A DNA stretch of 64,000 nt from an uncultured Flavobacteriaceae bacterium. GTDB taxonomy: Bacteria > Bacteroidota > Bacteroidia > Flavobacteriales > Flavobacteriaceae. The position numbers and the translations under genes are program-made. This document shows positions 11,821 through 22,273 of this stretch, piece after piece. Position 1 is the first letter of the stretch. Each line of letters opens with the position of its first letter. The stretch lies in assembly GCA_905479835.1 (NCBI GenBank), contig CAJQNZ010000002.1:482-64481 (forward strand), written 5' to 3'. Below the pieces are notes generated by a model. It saw nothing but the letters and a program-made list of their open reading frames with translations. It had not been told where the DNA came from and searched no databases.

Positions 11821-12351
11821 TTATTTTAATTCGATTTTATCAATCATTAATTTAAAAGATTCTTCTTTTTTATTTCCTATTAAAAAACCAATTTCTTCAA
11901 TGGATTGATCAGAAAAATTGGCTTTGTTTAGTTTTCTTCCTCTAAAAGTAGGATAGAAATCTTTTAAAGGAATTTCTATTTCTTGCCAATCTCCGGAAGT
12001 TGAAAAATAAGAAATATATGAATAATAATCACTAGAATTGGTTTTAATCCTTAATTGATACTTTTTTCCATCACCACATATTTTAAGAACTATATGTGCA
12101 TGTTTATTGATGTTTATTTTACTGAATCTATATCTAATTGAAGAAAATCCTCCATTATTTTTTAATGACACAGTACCTTTAAACTCTCCATGTCCATTTG
12201 AGTTTATTTTAAAAGTACTCGTTGATTTTCCACCCATCACAGCATCATCAACAACAGTCCATTTATTGATATCAGATTTTATTGCAAAATCATAAATTAT
12301 ATAAGAACTCGTAGGCAAAATCATACTTAAAATCAAAGTTACAAATTTCAT
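11821..12351 (-). CDS. CIA30 family protein
   Basis: W.VVDD.VMGG.S, VSL.NNGGF.S and GDGK.Y motifs. Confidence 0.92.
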   Translation of the reverse strand: MKFVTLILSMILPTSSYIIYDFAIKSDINKWTVVDDAVMGGKSTSTFKINSNGHGEFKGTVSLKNNGGFSSIRYRFSKININKHAHIVLKICGDGKKYQLRIKTNSSDYYSYISYFSTSGDWQEIEIPLKDFYPTFRGRKLNKANFSDQSIEEIGFLIGNKKEESFKLMIDKIELK

Positions 12352-12450
12352 GATGTTGATTAAATTATTTTTTTATTCCTAAAAAAAGGACATTCGAACT
12401 TTCTTTTAAAATATAATAGATAAATTATATTGAATTTAGGCTGATAATAT

Positions 12451-12723
12451 TCAAACCATATTCGGTGTTTCAAAACTTAAAGATACATGTAATTTTATTT
12501 GGTTTTAAAACTTAATTACATTTTTCAAAACTTTATTTACATGTTCTTCGTTTGCAAAAGTTTGGTCTAGATAAACTTATCTTTTAATGCGCCTTTTACA
12601 CGCTCTGAAATTGTGTTATTGTTACAATGATTTTCTTAAATCATACATATTTATTTTCTTTCTTTTTAATATTTGTGTGTATACATTGCTGCAATATTGA
12701 ATTCCTCTATCGTAATGATGGAT
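12451..12723 (-). pseudogene. Decayed IS3-family transposase (integrase core and C-terminus) remnant
   Basis: Minus-strand fragments in shifting frames: IHHYDRGIQYCSN.Y, NTISERVKGALKDKF, YLDQTFANEEH and NQIKLHVSLSFETPNMV. These match the IS3 OrfB motifs IHHSDRG.QY.S, N.(IA)ER.NG.LK.EF and N..R.H.SL...TP. Stops and frameshifts are present. Confidence 0.85.
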
Positions 12724-12798
12724 AGATTATCAATTATTTTAAATTTTACGATTCATTAAACAAAACCCACTAACTGCAACCCAAAAACCTTATACATT

Positions 12799-14034
12799 TT
12801 AATACCATCTTTTTTTATTCTTTTTTGACGCTTCGGATTTACGGCCTTTACGATGCTTAGACCCTTGTTTTATATGAACTTGAGGCTTTGCTTTAGGATC
12901 GAGAGGATATGGATGATTATTTTCAATTGTAATCTGAGTATTGATTAATTTTTGAATTGTACCTACATATGCTTTTTCATCTGCCGAACAAAAAGAATAA
13001 GATGTCCCTATTTTTCCTGCTCTTCCTGTTCTTCCGATACGATGTACATAAGTTTCTGGAACATTAGGCAAGTCAAAATTCACTACAGAATCGAGCCCTA
13101 TAATATCAATTCCACGCGCAGCAACATCTGTAGCAATTAATATATTGACTTCTTTGTTTTTAAATTGCTTAAGTGCTTCCTGTCGGAGGTTTTGAGATTT
13201 ATCTCCATGAATACTTGCAACTTTGTATTTGTTCTTAAGTAAGGTTTTTTCTAATTTATCTACACCATATTTAGTCCTACGAAAAATAATAATATTCCCT
13301 TTGATAGTATTTCGAAGTAAATGCAGACACAATTCAATTTTTTTTGGTTTTGGAACATAGAATAATACTTGACTTACATCTTTTGCAACAGTCGAAGTAG
13401 GAGAAATTTCTATGCGTTCTGGATCTTTTAGGATTGAATTAGCAAGCATAACAACCTTATGAGGCATCGTTGCTGAAAAAAGCAGTGACTGTTTATCTTC
13501 TGGACACAATCGTACAATCTTACTTACATCGTCAATAAAGCCCATATCAAGCATTAAATCCGCTTCATCAATTACCAATGTTTCTATATAATCTAGATGC
13601 ACCTCATCTTGCTTATGAAGGTCTAGGAGTCTTCCAGGAGTTGCAATAAGAATATCAACACCTTTTCGTAATGCATCTTTCTGTGGCTCAATTGAAGTTC
13701 CTCCATAAATTACAGATGTTCTTAAGTTGGTATATTTACTATAATTCTGGAAACTTTCTCCTATCTGTATTGCAAGCTCTCTTGTAGGACTTATAATTAA
13801 GGCTCCTATCTTTTTTCCTTTCTTAGAAGCGTCTTGCTTATGAAAAAGTTGCTGTAGAATAGGTAGGGCATAAGCCGCTGTTTTACCAGTTCCTGTCTGT
13901 GCAGAGACAATGATGTCTTTTTTATTCAGTATCAATGGAATACTTCTTTCTTGGACCAATGTAGGTCCATCGTAATTACTTTCCGATATGGCTTTTAAAA
14001 TGGGTTTATTTAAGTTTAATTCGTTGAACTGCAT
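12799..14034 (-). CDS. DEAD-box RNA helicase (RhlE-like)
   Basis: AQTGTGKT, PTRELA, DEAD, SAT and HRIGRTGR motifs. Confidence 0.95.
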   Translation of the reverse strand: MQFNELNLNKPILKAISESNYDGPTLVQERSIPLILNKKDIIVSAQTGTGKTAAYALPILQQLFHKQDASKKGKKIGALIISPTRELAIQIGESFQNYSKYTNLRTSVIYGGTSIEPQKDALRKGVDILIATPGRLLDLHKQDEVHLDYIETLVIDEADLMLDMGFIDDVSKIVRLCPEDKQSLLFSATMPHKVVMLANSILKDPERIEISPTSTVAKDVSQVLFYVPKPKKIELCLHLLRNTIKGNIIIFRRTKYGVDKLEKTLLKNKYKVASIHGDKSQNLRQEALKQFKNKEVNILIATDVAARGIDIIGLDSVVNFDLPNVPETYVHRIGRTGRAGKIGTSYSFCSADEKAYVGTIQKLINTQITIENNHPYPLDPKAKPQVHIKQGSKHRKGRKSEASKKNKKRWY

Positions 14035-14086
14035 AGATTCTGTTATAAGAAAAAGTAAAGGTAATCTAAATATTGGGATTATGTTA

Positions 14087-14995
14087 TTATAACTTTGAGT
14101 TGATATAATGTATGAAACTGTTGGTTTTTTCTTGAAAATGAAACCATTCTATTTCTGTATCTTTTTTAAACCAAGTAATTTGTCTTTTGGCAAATCGCCT
14201 TGTGTTTTTTTTAATTTCTGAAATAGCATGTTCCAAAGTTATTTCGTCGTTTAAAAATTGAAACAACTCTCTATAACCTACGGTCTGTAAAGAATTTAAG
14301 TGTTTGTTTTGGGCTAATGGTTTTGCTTCCTCCAGTAAACCTTTCTCCATCATAAGATTCACACGATCATTGATACGATTGTAAATGATTTCTCGATCTG
14401 CAGTCAATCCTATTTTAATAGGGGTAAAGTTGCGTACTGCTTTGGGTTTGTTCTTAAAATAAGAATATGGTTTTTCAGTTCCAATAGATATTTCTAGGGC
14501 TCTGATTACTCTATGCGGATTCTCAATTTCTATAGTATTGTAAGATTCAATATCCAGTTGCTTAAGACGATCTTGTAATGATTTCAATCCATTTAACTCC
14601 AGTTCATTATTTAATTTCTGACGAATGTCTTGCGATACATCTGGAAAATAATCCAATCCTTTTAAAACTGCATCGACATATAGACCACTTCCACCGACCA
14701 TAATTACAATATCATGATTGTAAAAGATTTCGTCAAGTTTTTTAAGCGCATCTCTTTCATATTGTCCTACATTATAAGTTTCATGAATTGAACGATTATG
14801 AATGAAATGATGTGTCACTGCTGCAAGTTCATCAGGATCTGGAACAGCAGTTCCTATAGCCATTTCTTTATAAAATTGACGCGAGTCACACGAGATTATT
14901 TCAGTTTTAAAGTGTTGAGCTAGTTGAATACTTAGAGATGTTTTTCCTATTGCTGTAGGGCCAACAATAGAAATAAGATATTTTTTTTTAAGCAT
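14087..14995 (-). CDS. miaA: tRNA dimethylallyltransferase
   Basis: GPTAIGKT, DSRQ.Y, VGGSGLY and TRRFAKRQ.TW. Confidence 0.97.
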   Translation of the reverse strand: MLKKKYLISIVGPTAIGKTSLSIQLAQHFKTEIISCDSRQFYKEMAIGTAVPDPDELAAVTHHFIHNRSIHETYNVGQYERDALKKLDEIFYNHDIVIMVGGSGLYVDAVLKGLDYFPDVSQDIRQKLNNELELNGLKSLQDRLKQLDIESYNTIEIENPHRVIRALEISIGTEKPYSYFKNKPKAVRNFTPIKIGLTADREIIYNRINDRVNLMMEKGLLEEAKPLAQNKHLNSLQTVGYRELFQFLNDEITLEHAISEIKKNTRRFAKRQITWFKKDTEIEWFHFQEKTNSFIHYINSKL

Positions 14996-15837
14996 TATAT
15001 ATCCATTTTTTCACCACATTCGTAGCAAAATTCAGCATCATCACGATGGTAAGATGCCGCACAGTTTTGACAAGACTTCGTATTGGTACTTATCGATTCT
15101 TGTGTATCTGTACCTTTTTTAGCATACTCAGCACTTACAATTCCTGTAGGAATTGCAATAATCCCATAACCTAGTATCATAATGATCGATGCAATCAATT
15201 GACCTAGAGGAGTTCCTGGTGCAATATCCCCATAACCTACGGTTGTTAAAGTTACAATTGCCCAATATACACTTCTAGGAATACTTGTAAATCCAGTATC
15301 ATTATTTCCTTCTATTAAGTACATCACCGTTCCTAAAATAATACACAAGATAATTACAGCAGATAAAAACACAGATATTTTGGCTCTACTTGCTCTCAAG
15401 GACCTTAAAAAATTATGTGATTCACCTACAAATCTCACCAATTTTAAAATCCTGAAAATTCGAAGTAATCGCAACGCTCTTAATGCCACCAATGCGTGTG
15501 AACCTACCAAGAAAAATGAAAGATATTTTGGAATTGTCGATAGTAAATCAATGATTCCAAAAAAACTAAAAATATATTCTTTAGGTTTCTTTACACTTAT
15601 AATTCTAGCAATATATTCAAGTGTAAATAATATGGTAATCACCCATTCTGCAATATTTAAAATAGTATGGTATTTATTATCAACTTCCTCAATACTTTCA
15701 AGCATTACAGCAACGATACTTGTGATAATTAAAACTAATAATAATATGTCAAAATATTTTCCTGTAGGAGTGTCTGCTTCATAAATTACTCTATGAATTT
15801 TTTCTTTCCAGTTAAGTTGTTTGTTATTTTTTGACAT
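14995..15837 (-). CDS. Voltage-gated-type potassium channel (ion transporter) with C-terminal Cys cluster
   Basis: S4 segment LRALRLLRIFRILK, selectivity filter TTVGYGD, and a CxxC...CxxC tail. Confidence 0.93.
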   Translation of the reverse strand: MSKNNKQLNWKEKIHRVIYEADTPTGKYFDILLLVLIITSIVAVMLESIEEVDNKYHTILNIAEWVITILFTLEYIARIISVKKPKEYIFSFFGIIDLLSTIPKYLSFFLVGSHALVALRALRLLRIFRILKLVRFVGESHNFLRSLRASRAKISVFLSAVIILCIILGTVMYLIEGNNDTGFTSIPRSVYWAIVTLTTVGYGDIAPGTPLGQLIASIIMILGYGIIAIPTGIVSAEYAKKGTDTQESISTNTKSCQNCAASYHRDDAEFCYECGEKMDI

Positions 15838-15845
15838 ACCTTTTT

Positions 15846-16925
15846 TTAAAAACGGATAATTCGTTCTACATTCTTTTTTTGCAAATGATTTTTCACAATA
15901 AATCTATTTTGAAGGTTATTTTCAAGAGGTGATATAAGAGATTTTAAAATTTCTATAGAATTAATTTGATATTCCAAATCTACAAAACAATATCCTAATA
16001 GCACATCATTTTCAATAAGAACAGCCGATTTTTCATTAATAGTACGACCTTTATCAATAATCAATAAATTGGAATTGCTAAAAATAATAGGCGTTACTTT
16101 TTTAACTCTATGAAAATTAAATTTAGGAATATGTAATTGAATTTCATTTTGATATTTTAAGTCACCAATTAATTCATTTCCAGACAGTTCGTAAGTTACA
16201 GTATCTAGTAATTTTTGTAATGATACTGCTTTTTTTGAAGTTTTTAAAAAAAGTTTATTTACAGTCTTTTTAATGTTACTTCCCTTACCCATATAGATGA
16301 TTTCTCTATTCTCTTTATGCAAGTAAAAAGTTCCTAGTTCTGAAGGTAAACCGTCCAATATCAATTGAAGTTTAGGTGCAATTTCTCTATCTATTCCTTG
16401 TTTTATAGCGCTCTTGATGATTGTTTTTTCATGATCCTTATCAATAAGAAGTTTGAAAAGTTTTACCGTAGCTGCTGCGTCTCCTTCTGCACGGTGACGG
16501 CTTGAAACTGGAATCCCTAATGTTTTACACAATTTCCCTAAACTATATGAATCCAAACCTGGAATCAATTTTTTACTCAACTGAACAGTACATAATGTTT
16601 CTCTTACATAATCAAATCCTAATCTTCGAAACTCTGTTTTTAAAATTCGATAATCAAAACTTGAATTGTGTGCAACGATGATACTATTTTCAGTCATTTC
16701 CACAAGTCGTTTCGCAATTTCATGGAATTTAGGAGCATTTTTAAGCATGCCACTATTAATTCCCGTTAAGTTTACTACAAACGGTTGGATGGGCCTTTCT
16801 GGATTTACCAATGTGATAAGTTGATCAACAATTTCATGTCCATCGTATTTATAAGCAGCAATTTCAGTAATTCCTTCTTCGTTATACTTTCCTCCAGTTG
16901 TTTCAATGTCTAGTATCGTATACAA
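15846..16925 (-). CDS. DEDDh 3'-5' exonuclease (DnaQ-like) with degenerate GIY-YIG-like domain
   Basis: DIETTG, VAHN..FD and HRA.GDA, then GTFY...IIYMGK. Confidence 0.88.
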   Translation of the reverse strand: MYTILDIETTGGKYNEEGITEIAAYKYDGHEIVDQLITLVNPERPIQPFVVNLTGINSGMLKNAPKFHEIAKRLVEMTENSIIVAHNSSFDYRILKTEFRRLGFDYVRETLCTVQLSKKLIPGLDSYSLGKLCKTLGIPVSSRHRAEGDAAATVKLFKLLIDKDHEKTIIKSAIKQGIDREIAPKLQLILDGLPSELGTFYLHKENREIIYMGKGSNIKKTVNKLFLKTSKKAVSLQKLLDTVTYELSGNELIGDLKYQNEIQLHIPKFNFHRVKKVTPIIFSNSNLLIIDKGRTINEKSAVLIENDVLLGYCFVDLEYQINSIEILKSLISPLENNLQNRFIVKNHLQKKNVERIIRF

Positions 16926-16966
16926 ATAATTTTATTTATTAGTTAATAATATCACTTTTTAATATT

Positions 16967-16993
16967 TTCGAGTACTGACTTATTCGGTATCGA
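16967..16993 (+). repeat. Short degenerate copy of REP-like repeat
   Basis: TTCGAG-TACTGA-CTTAT-TCGGTA-TCGA has the same flanks as the copies at 38.9 and 43.1 kb. Confidence 0.45.
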
Positions 16994-16999
16994 TTCGTT

Positions 17000-17653
17000 T
17001 TATTGGCGTGAACCAAAAATAGCACTTCCTACTCGAATCATTGTGCTTCCTTGTGCAATGGCTATTTTATAATCGCCACTCATTCCCATAGATAAAATAG
17101 AGAGAGTTGAATGTTGATTTTTAAGTTTTTCAAACAATACTTTTAAACTGCTAAATTCTTGCACGACTTGTTCAGTAGCACTCGTAAAACTTGCCATTCC
17201 CATCAAACCTGAGATGTTGACATTCTGAAGTTCTTGGAACTCATTGGAATTAAAAATTTCTTCGAGTTCAATTTCTTCTAACCCGAATTTTGTTTCTTCT
17301 TCTGCAATTTTCACTTGTAATAAACAATTGATAATCCGATTGTTTTTTAGTGCTTGTTTGTTTATTTCTTTCAATGTTTTAAAACTATCAACACCATGGA
17401 TTAAATCAACAAAATGCGCCATGTATTTTACTTTATTTCTCTGTAAATGACCTATCATATGCCATTGAATATCTTTTGGCATTTGATCGTATTTATCAAC
17501 CATTTCTTGAATTTTATTTTCACCAAATACGCGCTGTCCAGCAGTATAAGCTTCCATAATGTCAGGAATAGGTTTTGTTTTAGAAACTGCAACGAGTGTT
17601 ACTTGCTCTGGAATTACTGATTTTATTTTTTGCAGATTAATTGCAATACTCAT
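17000..17653 (-). CDS. yggS: PLP homeostasis protein YggS/PROSC
   Basis: LVAVSKTKP, FGEN.IQE, WHMIGHLQ.NK, LSMGMSGDY and RVGSAIFG. Confidence 0.96.
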   Translation of the reverse strand: MSIAINLQKIKSVIPEQVTLVAVSKTKPIPDIMEAYTAGQRVFGENKIQEMVDKYDQMPKDIQWHMIGHLQRNKVKYMAHFVDLIHGVDSFKTLKEINKQALKNNRIINCLLQVKIAEEETKFGLEEIELEEIFNSNEFQELQNVNISGLMGMASFTSATEQVVQEFSSLKVLFEKLKNQHSTLSILSMGMSGDYKIAIAQGSTMIRVGSAIFGSRQ

Positions 17654-17662
17654 AGATAATTG

Positions 17663-18898
17663 TTAAAATTCATAAAGAGTTAAAGCACTTCTTAATTTGG
17701 GTTCAATATACGTACTTTTTGGTGGCATTATTAAGTCAGCATTAGCAATGTCTTTTATTTGTTGAACAGTTGCTGGGAATAATCCAAAGGAGACTTTGTA
17801 TTTTCCAGTATCTACCTTTTTTTTTAGTTGAATTTCTGAGTTTTTAGCAGGTAAATAACCAATTCGGTCATCATTTCTCAAGTCTTTAATTCCGAGAATT
17901 GGACTTAGAATTAAATCATAAAGAATCTGCGCATCAAGGTCACTTAAAGGATTGTCAATTTGATACATTGTTTTTCGCAAGTATAAAGAGTAAAATTCGC
18001 CATCAAGATACATGCTAAAATGATGTTTTTTAGAAGGATTATACAATTGTTGTCCTAGATTACTTATTCGGAACCATTCATCCAGTTTCATTAAAAACTC
18101 AATTTTAGTCAATCCATTTAAATCCTTGATAAATCGATTAAAAGATGAAATTTTCAAATTGGATTCTGGAATTAAATAACTCATAAAAAAGTTGTAAGAC
18201 TCCATTCCATTATGTGTTGAATTTATTTTTCCTAAATCTGTACTGACCAAAGCAGAAGAAGCAGACCTATGATGACCATCAGCAATATAAATAGCCTTCA
18301 TTTGTTGAAATTCGATACTTATTTTTGCGATATCATTTTCATCTTCTACAATCCATAAAAAATGTTTACTCATAGTACTTGAAGTGAATTCATATTCAGG
18401 ATGTAAGGACTTATATTTCTTAAAAATTTTTTCTATTGTATCATTATCAGGATAGGTGAGGAGTACAGGTTCGGCATTAAACCCTACAGTTTTTAAATAA
18501 TTTGCAAAAAGGACTTCACGACTGTGAATGGTGTCCTCATGCTTTTTGATAGTATTGTTTAAATAATCTTCAGAGGAAGTTGCAGCAATAATCCCACAGA
18601 AACTAGTGCTGTCACTTACTTTTTTATAAATATAAAAGGAAGGTTTATCATCTTTTTTTAAGATGTTTTTCTCTTTAAATTCAATAAAACGCTTATGAAT
18701 ACTTTTAAAACGAATGTTACTTGGTGTTTCTTGCTGAAAACGATATCCAGAATTAATAATGTGTAAAAAAGAATATGGATTTAACTCCAATTGAGCGTCT
18801 ATTTCAGTATCAGAATAGGATTCATAAGGTCTTGACGAAACCAAAGAAACATTTTCTTTGCTAGCTCGAACTGCTCTAAAAGGTTTAACTATTGCCAA
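17663..18898 (-). CDS. DUF1015 family protein
   Basis: YIADGHHR and MPPKSTY.EPKLRS motifs; lies in the serC-serA operon. Confidence 0.9.
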   Translation of the reverse strand: MAIVKPFRAVRASKENVSLVSSRPYESYSDTEIDAQLELNPYSFLHIINSGYRFQQETPSNIRFKSIHKRFIEFKEKNILKKDDKPSFYIYKKVSDSTSFCGIIAATSSEDYLNNTIKKHEDTIHSREVLFANYLKTVGFNAEPVLLTYPDNDTIEKIFKKYKSLHPEYEFTSSTMSKHFLWIVEDENDIAKISIEFQQMKAIYIADGHHRSASSALVSTDLGKINSTHNGMESYNFFMSYLIPESNLKISSFNRFIKDLNGLTKIEFLMKLDEWFRISNLGQQLYNPSKKHHFSMYLDGEFYSLYLRKTMYQIDNPLSDLDAQILYDLILSPILGIKDLRNDDRIGYLPAKNSEIQLKKKVDTGKYKVSFGLFPATVQQIKDIANADLIMPPKSTYIEPKLRSALTLYEF

Positions 18899-18909
18899 TT
18901 CTATTTTTT

Positions 18910-19860
18910 TTATCCAAAAATTGTAATAATCTGTTCTGCTAATTCAGAACCTATTCGTTCTTGAGCTTCAACAGTTGCAGCACCTATATGAGGAGATAAT
19001 GATAAAGCTGGGTTCATTAATAATTGTATTTCAGGTGTTGGTTCGTTTTCATAAACATCAAGTGCAGCATGAGATAAAATACCATCTTCAATTGCTTTTA
19101 CAAGTGCTATTTCATCAATAACTCCTCCACGAGCAGCATTTATAAGCATAGATCCTTTTTTCATAAGCTGGAATTCTTCAGTTCCAATAATATATTCTTT
19201 TTGAGATGGAACATGTACAGTAACAAAGTCTGCTTGTTGTAAAACTTCTCTTTTAGAAATAGTATCAATTGAGAAATTTATGGATTCTCCATTATAAAAT
19301 TCCAATTCTAAATCTACAGTATCGATATTTGGATCAAAAGCGATCACTTTCATACCATTTCCGAGTGCAATTTTTGCAGTCGCTTGACCGATACGACCCA
19401 TTCCTATAATCCCAATTGTCTTACCTTTTAACTCAACACCATTGGCAAATGCTTTTTTAAGATCTTTAAAGCGACTATCACCTTCTAGTGGCATTTCTCT
19501 ATTGGAAGTGTGTAAAAAACGTGCCATACCGTATAAATGTGCAAAAACCAATTCTGCTACAGAATGTGATGATGCTGCAGGTGTATTAATGACTTTCAAT
19601 CCTTTTTCTCGTGCATAGTCAACATCGATATTATCCATACCTACACCACCGCGACCTATAATTTTTAATGAAGGACAACCTTCTATTATAGTTGCGCTTA
19701 CTTTGGTAGCACTTCTTACAAGTAGAACAGTAATATTATTTTTATTAATGAATTCTACGAGTTGGTTTTGAGCAACAGTCGTCAATATGACTTCGTATCC
19801 TGCTTTTTCAAGAGCAGAAATACCACTTTGAGCGATTCCATCGTTCGCTAATACTTTCAT
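18910..19860 (-). CDS. serA: D-3-phosphoglycerate dehydrogenase (short form)
   Basis: LVRSAT, GRGGVGMDNID, GxGRIG, NAARGG and PHIGA. Confidence 0.92.
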   Translation of the reverse strand: MKVLANDGIAQSGISALEKAGYEVILTTVAQNQLVEFINKNNITVLLVRSATKVSATIIEGCPSLKIIGRGGVGMDNIDVDYAREKGLKVINTPAASSHSVAELVFAHLYGMARFLHTSNREMPLEGDSRFKDLKKAFANGVELKGKTIGIIGMGRIGQATAKIALGNGMKVIAFDPNIDTVDLELEFYNGESINFSIDTISKREVLQQADFVTVHVPSQKEYIIGTEEFQLMKKGSMLINAARGGVIDEIALVKAIEDGILSHAALDVYENEPTPEIQLLMNPALSLSPHIGAATVEAQERIGSELAEQIITIFG

Positions 19861-19876
19861 TGAAAATTTATTTTTT

Positions 19877-19898
19877 CATTTCCGTCAAGACGGAAATC
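19877..19898. repeat. Small REP-like palindrome between serC and serA
   Basis: CATTTCCGTC-AA-GACGGAAATC forms a perfect stem with no U-tract, inside an operon. Confidence 0.5.
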
Positions 19899-19906
19899 TT
19901 AATTAT

Positions 19907-20965
19907 TTATTTTAATTTTCTCATTACATCTATTAGTACTTGTATGCTTTCAATAGGTAATGCATTGTACATACTCGCTCTATATCCACCGACAGATCGA
20001 TGTCCTTTCAATCCATTAATTCCAGCAATATTCAATAAACTATCAAATTCCTCGCTTTTATTTTTATCCACAAGATTAAAAGTAACATTCATTAAAGAAC
20101 GATCTTCTTTTTCCGCATACCCTATAAATTCTGGATTATTATCTATTTCAGCATATAGTAATGCTGCTTTCGCCTCATTTTTCTTTTCGATCTCAGTAAT
20201 TCCACCATTTTTCTGTAACCATTCCAATGTAAGCATTGAAACATAAACTGCAAATACAGGAGGTGTATTAAACATACTGCCTTTAGAAATATGAACTTGG
20301 TAATCTAGCATTGATGGAATATTTCTACCTGTTTTGCCTAGTATTTCATCTTTTACAATGACTAATGTTGCTCCTGCTGGACCCATATTTTTCTGAGCCC
20401 CTGCATAGATTAAATCAAATTGTGAAAAATCTAGTTGTCTAGAAAATATGTCAGAGCTCATATCACAGACAAGTAAAGTATCTGTTTTAGGAAATTCTTT
20501 TATCTGAGTTCCATAAATCGTATTGTTACTAGTGACATGTAAATAATCAGTACCTAAAGAAACAGCATAGTTTTTTGGAATAAAAGTATAGCCTTTTTCC
20601 TTAGACGAACCAACAATTTCAACTTCTCCAAATAATTTAGCCTCTTTCAATGCTTTAGCACTCCAAGTACCTGTATCCAAATATGCTGCTTTTCCATTTT
20701 CTTTCAATAGATTGTATGATGTCATTAAAAATTGCATACTTGCTCCTCCCTGTAAGAATAATACAGAGTATCCTTCTGGCAAATTCAATAATTCTTTTAC
20801 AAGATTTTTTGCCTTTTCCATAACCTCAACAAAATCCTTACTTCTATGAGAAATCTCTATTAATGATAAATCTAAATCGTTAAAATTAGAAACAGCATTT
20901 GCTGCTTTTTTTAAAACTTCCTGAGGCAGAATACAAGGTCCTGCACTAAAATTGTGTTTTTTCAT
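19907..20965 (-). CDS. serC: Phosphoserine aminotransferase
   Basis: HNFSAGP, YAGAQKN.GPAG and GHRSVGG.RAS.YNA. Confidence 0.97.
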   Translation of the reverse strand: MKKHNFSAGPCILPQEVLKKAANAVSNFNDLDLSLIEISHRSKDFVEVMEKAKNLVKELLNLPEGYSVLFLQGGASMQFLMTSYNLLKENGKAAYLDTGTWSAKALKEAKLFGEVEIVGSSKEKGYTFIPKNYAVSLGTDYLHVTSNNTIYGTQIKEFPKTDTLLVCDMSSDIFSRQLDFSQFDLIYAGAQKNMGPAGATLVIVKDEILGKTGRNIPSMLDYQVHISKGSMFNTPPVFAVYVSMLTLEWLQKNGGITEIEKKNEAKAALLYAEIDNNPEFIGYAEKEDRSLMNVTFNLVDKNKSEEFDSLLNIAGINGLKGHRSVGGYRASMYNALPIESIQVLIDVMRKLK

Positions 20966-21163
20966 TTTTTTGATAAAAATTAATATACAAAGTTTAATAA
21001 ATTATAGCAATTTGATACTATTAAAAAGAGAATTTATTCACTTTGTTTTTAACAAATAGTTATTGCAATTTTAACACAATTAATCTATAAATTTTTCGGA
21101 TTAAAGGTTTTCATGAATTAAACTTAATAAATTCATTTTATGCGAATTTAATTAATAATTTAT

Positions 21164-22222
21164 TTACAGATCAATAATAAATTTTAGAGTATCAACTCCA
21201 TCTGCATAATCCCAAAGGTTTGGTGTTTGAGTTTTACCAAATTCAATTCGATCTTCAATAGTAAGATTACTTACTACACACTGAATAGAATCGACATCTG
21301 TATTTAGCTTTTCAAAGATCTCTTTTTCTGAATCATAATATTCATAAAATAAAGTTGCAATAGGAGAGGAGTAACTTGGATCTTCTTTCAACATTAAAAA
21401 ACCATTTTCTTGTAATTTAAAGAGACTCATTAAATAAACCGCTTTATTGTAATCGTAGTTATTTTGATATTTGGTATAATTGATTATCTCGTGATATGAA
21501 TAAACGGCTTCAAATAATGAATCAAAATCATATTCTTTTGGGACAAATAGTTTAGATACATTTCTGCATCCTAGTCCAAAATACCGAAAGATATCTTCAC
21601 CTAGTTTTTCCAACTCTTCTTTTGTTTCATTTCCTGTTAATACTGCGACAGAATTCCTATTTTTTCTTATAATACTTGGGTATTTACCAAAATAATAGTC
21701 AAAATATCTTGCTGTATTATTACTTCCAGTAGCAATTACTGCGTCAAAATTGTTTAATTCACCTTCAGTAAATTCAATTTTTCCTTTAAATTCGGGTTCA
21801 ACATGCTCAAGATATTTTGCAATAAGAGGTAAAAAATGTTTGTCATTAGAAGATAATTTTGCAATGACATTATTACCTGAAATCAATACTGATAGAAAAT
21901 CATGAAATCCAACCAATGGAATATTTCCAGCCATAATAACAGCTATTTTTTTTGACAAATTTTCAGTTATAGCATAGGATACAGTCCATTTTTTAAGATT
22001 CGATTCAGATAAACTTTTCGCCCAATTTTCAATCGAGAATAGTACGTTTTCATCATTGAACCATCCATTATATTCCTTGGCTCGCTTTATTTGAGTTTTA
22101 AAAATATCGAAGAATATATCATTGAATTGGATGTCATTTTTCTTGACTATACCTTCGGTTGAGAATTGACTTAAAAAATCACCCAATTTCACAAATGCAG
22201 ATATTCTATTTTCTAAGTTCAT
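21164..22222 (-). CDS. LuxC-like acyl-CoA reductase family protein
   Basis: IMAGNIPLVG, IATGSNN and FGLGCRNVSK (catalytic Cys). Confidence 0.88.
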   Translation of the reverse strand: MNLENRISAFVKLGDFLSQFSTEGIVKKNDIQFNDIFFDIFKTQIKRAKEYNGWFNDENVLFSIENWAKSLSESNLKKWTVSYAITENLSKKIAVIMAGNIPLVGFHDFLSVLISGNNVIAKLSSNDKHFLPLIAKYLEHVEPEFKGKIEFTEGELNNFDAVIATGSNNTARYFDYYFGKYPSIIRKNRNSVAVLTGNETKEELEKLGEDIFRYFGLGCRNVSKLFVPKEYDFDSLFEAVYSYHEIINYTKYQNNYDYNKAVYLMSLFKLQENGFLMLKEDPSYSSPIATLFYEYYDSEKEIFEKLNTDVDSIQCVVSNLTIEDRIEFGKTQTPNLWDYADGVDTLKFIIDL

Positions 22223-22273
22223 ATTTTAAAACTTTTGCAGTATTTTTGTGGCAAATTTAATGCAAAAAAAGAA

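Noticed and set aside
21164-22222. LuxC-like gene as evidence of bioluminescence
   Set aside because: There is no luxAB, luxD or luxE nearby; the reductase-ferredoxin-serC arrangement is ordinary in Bacteroidota.
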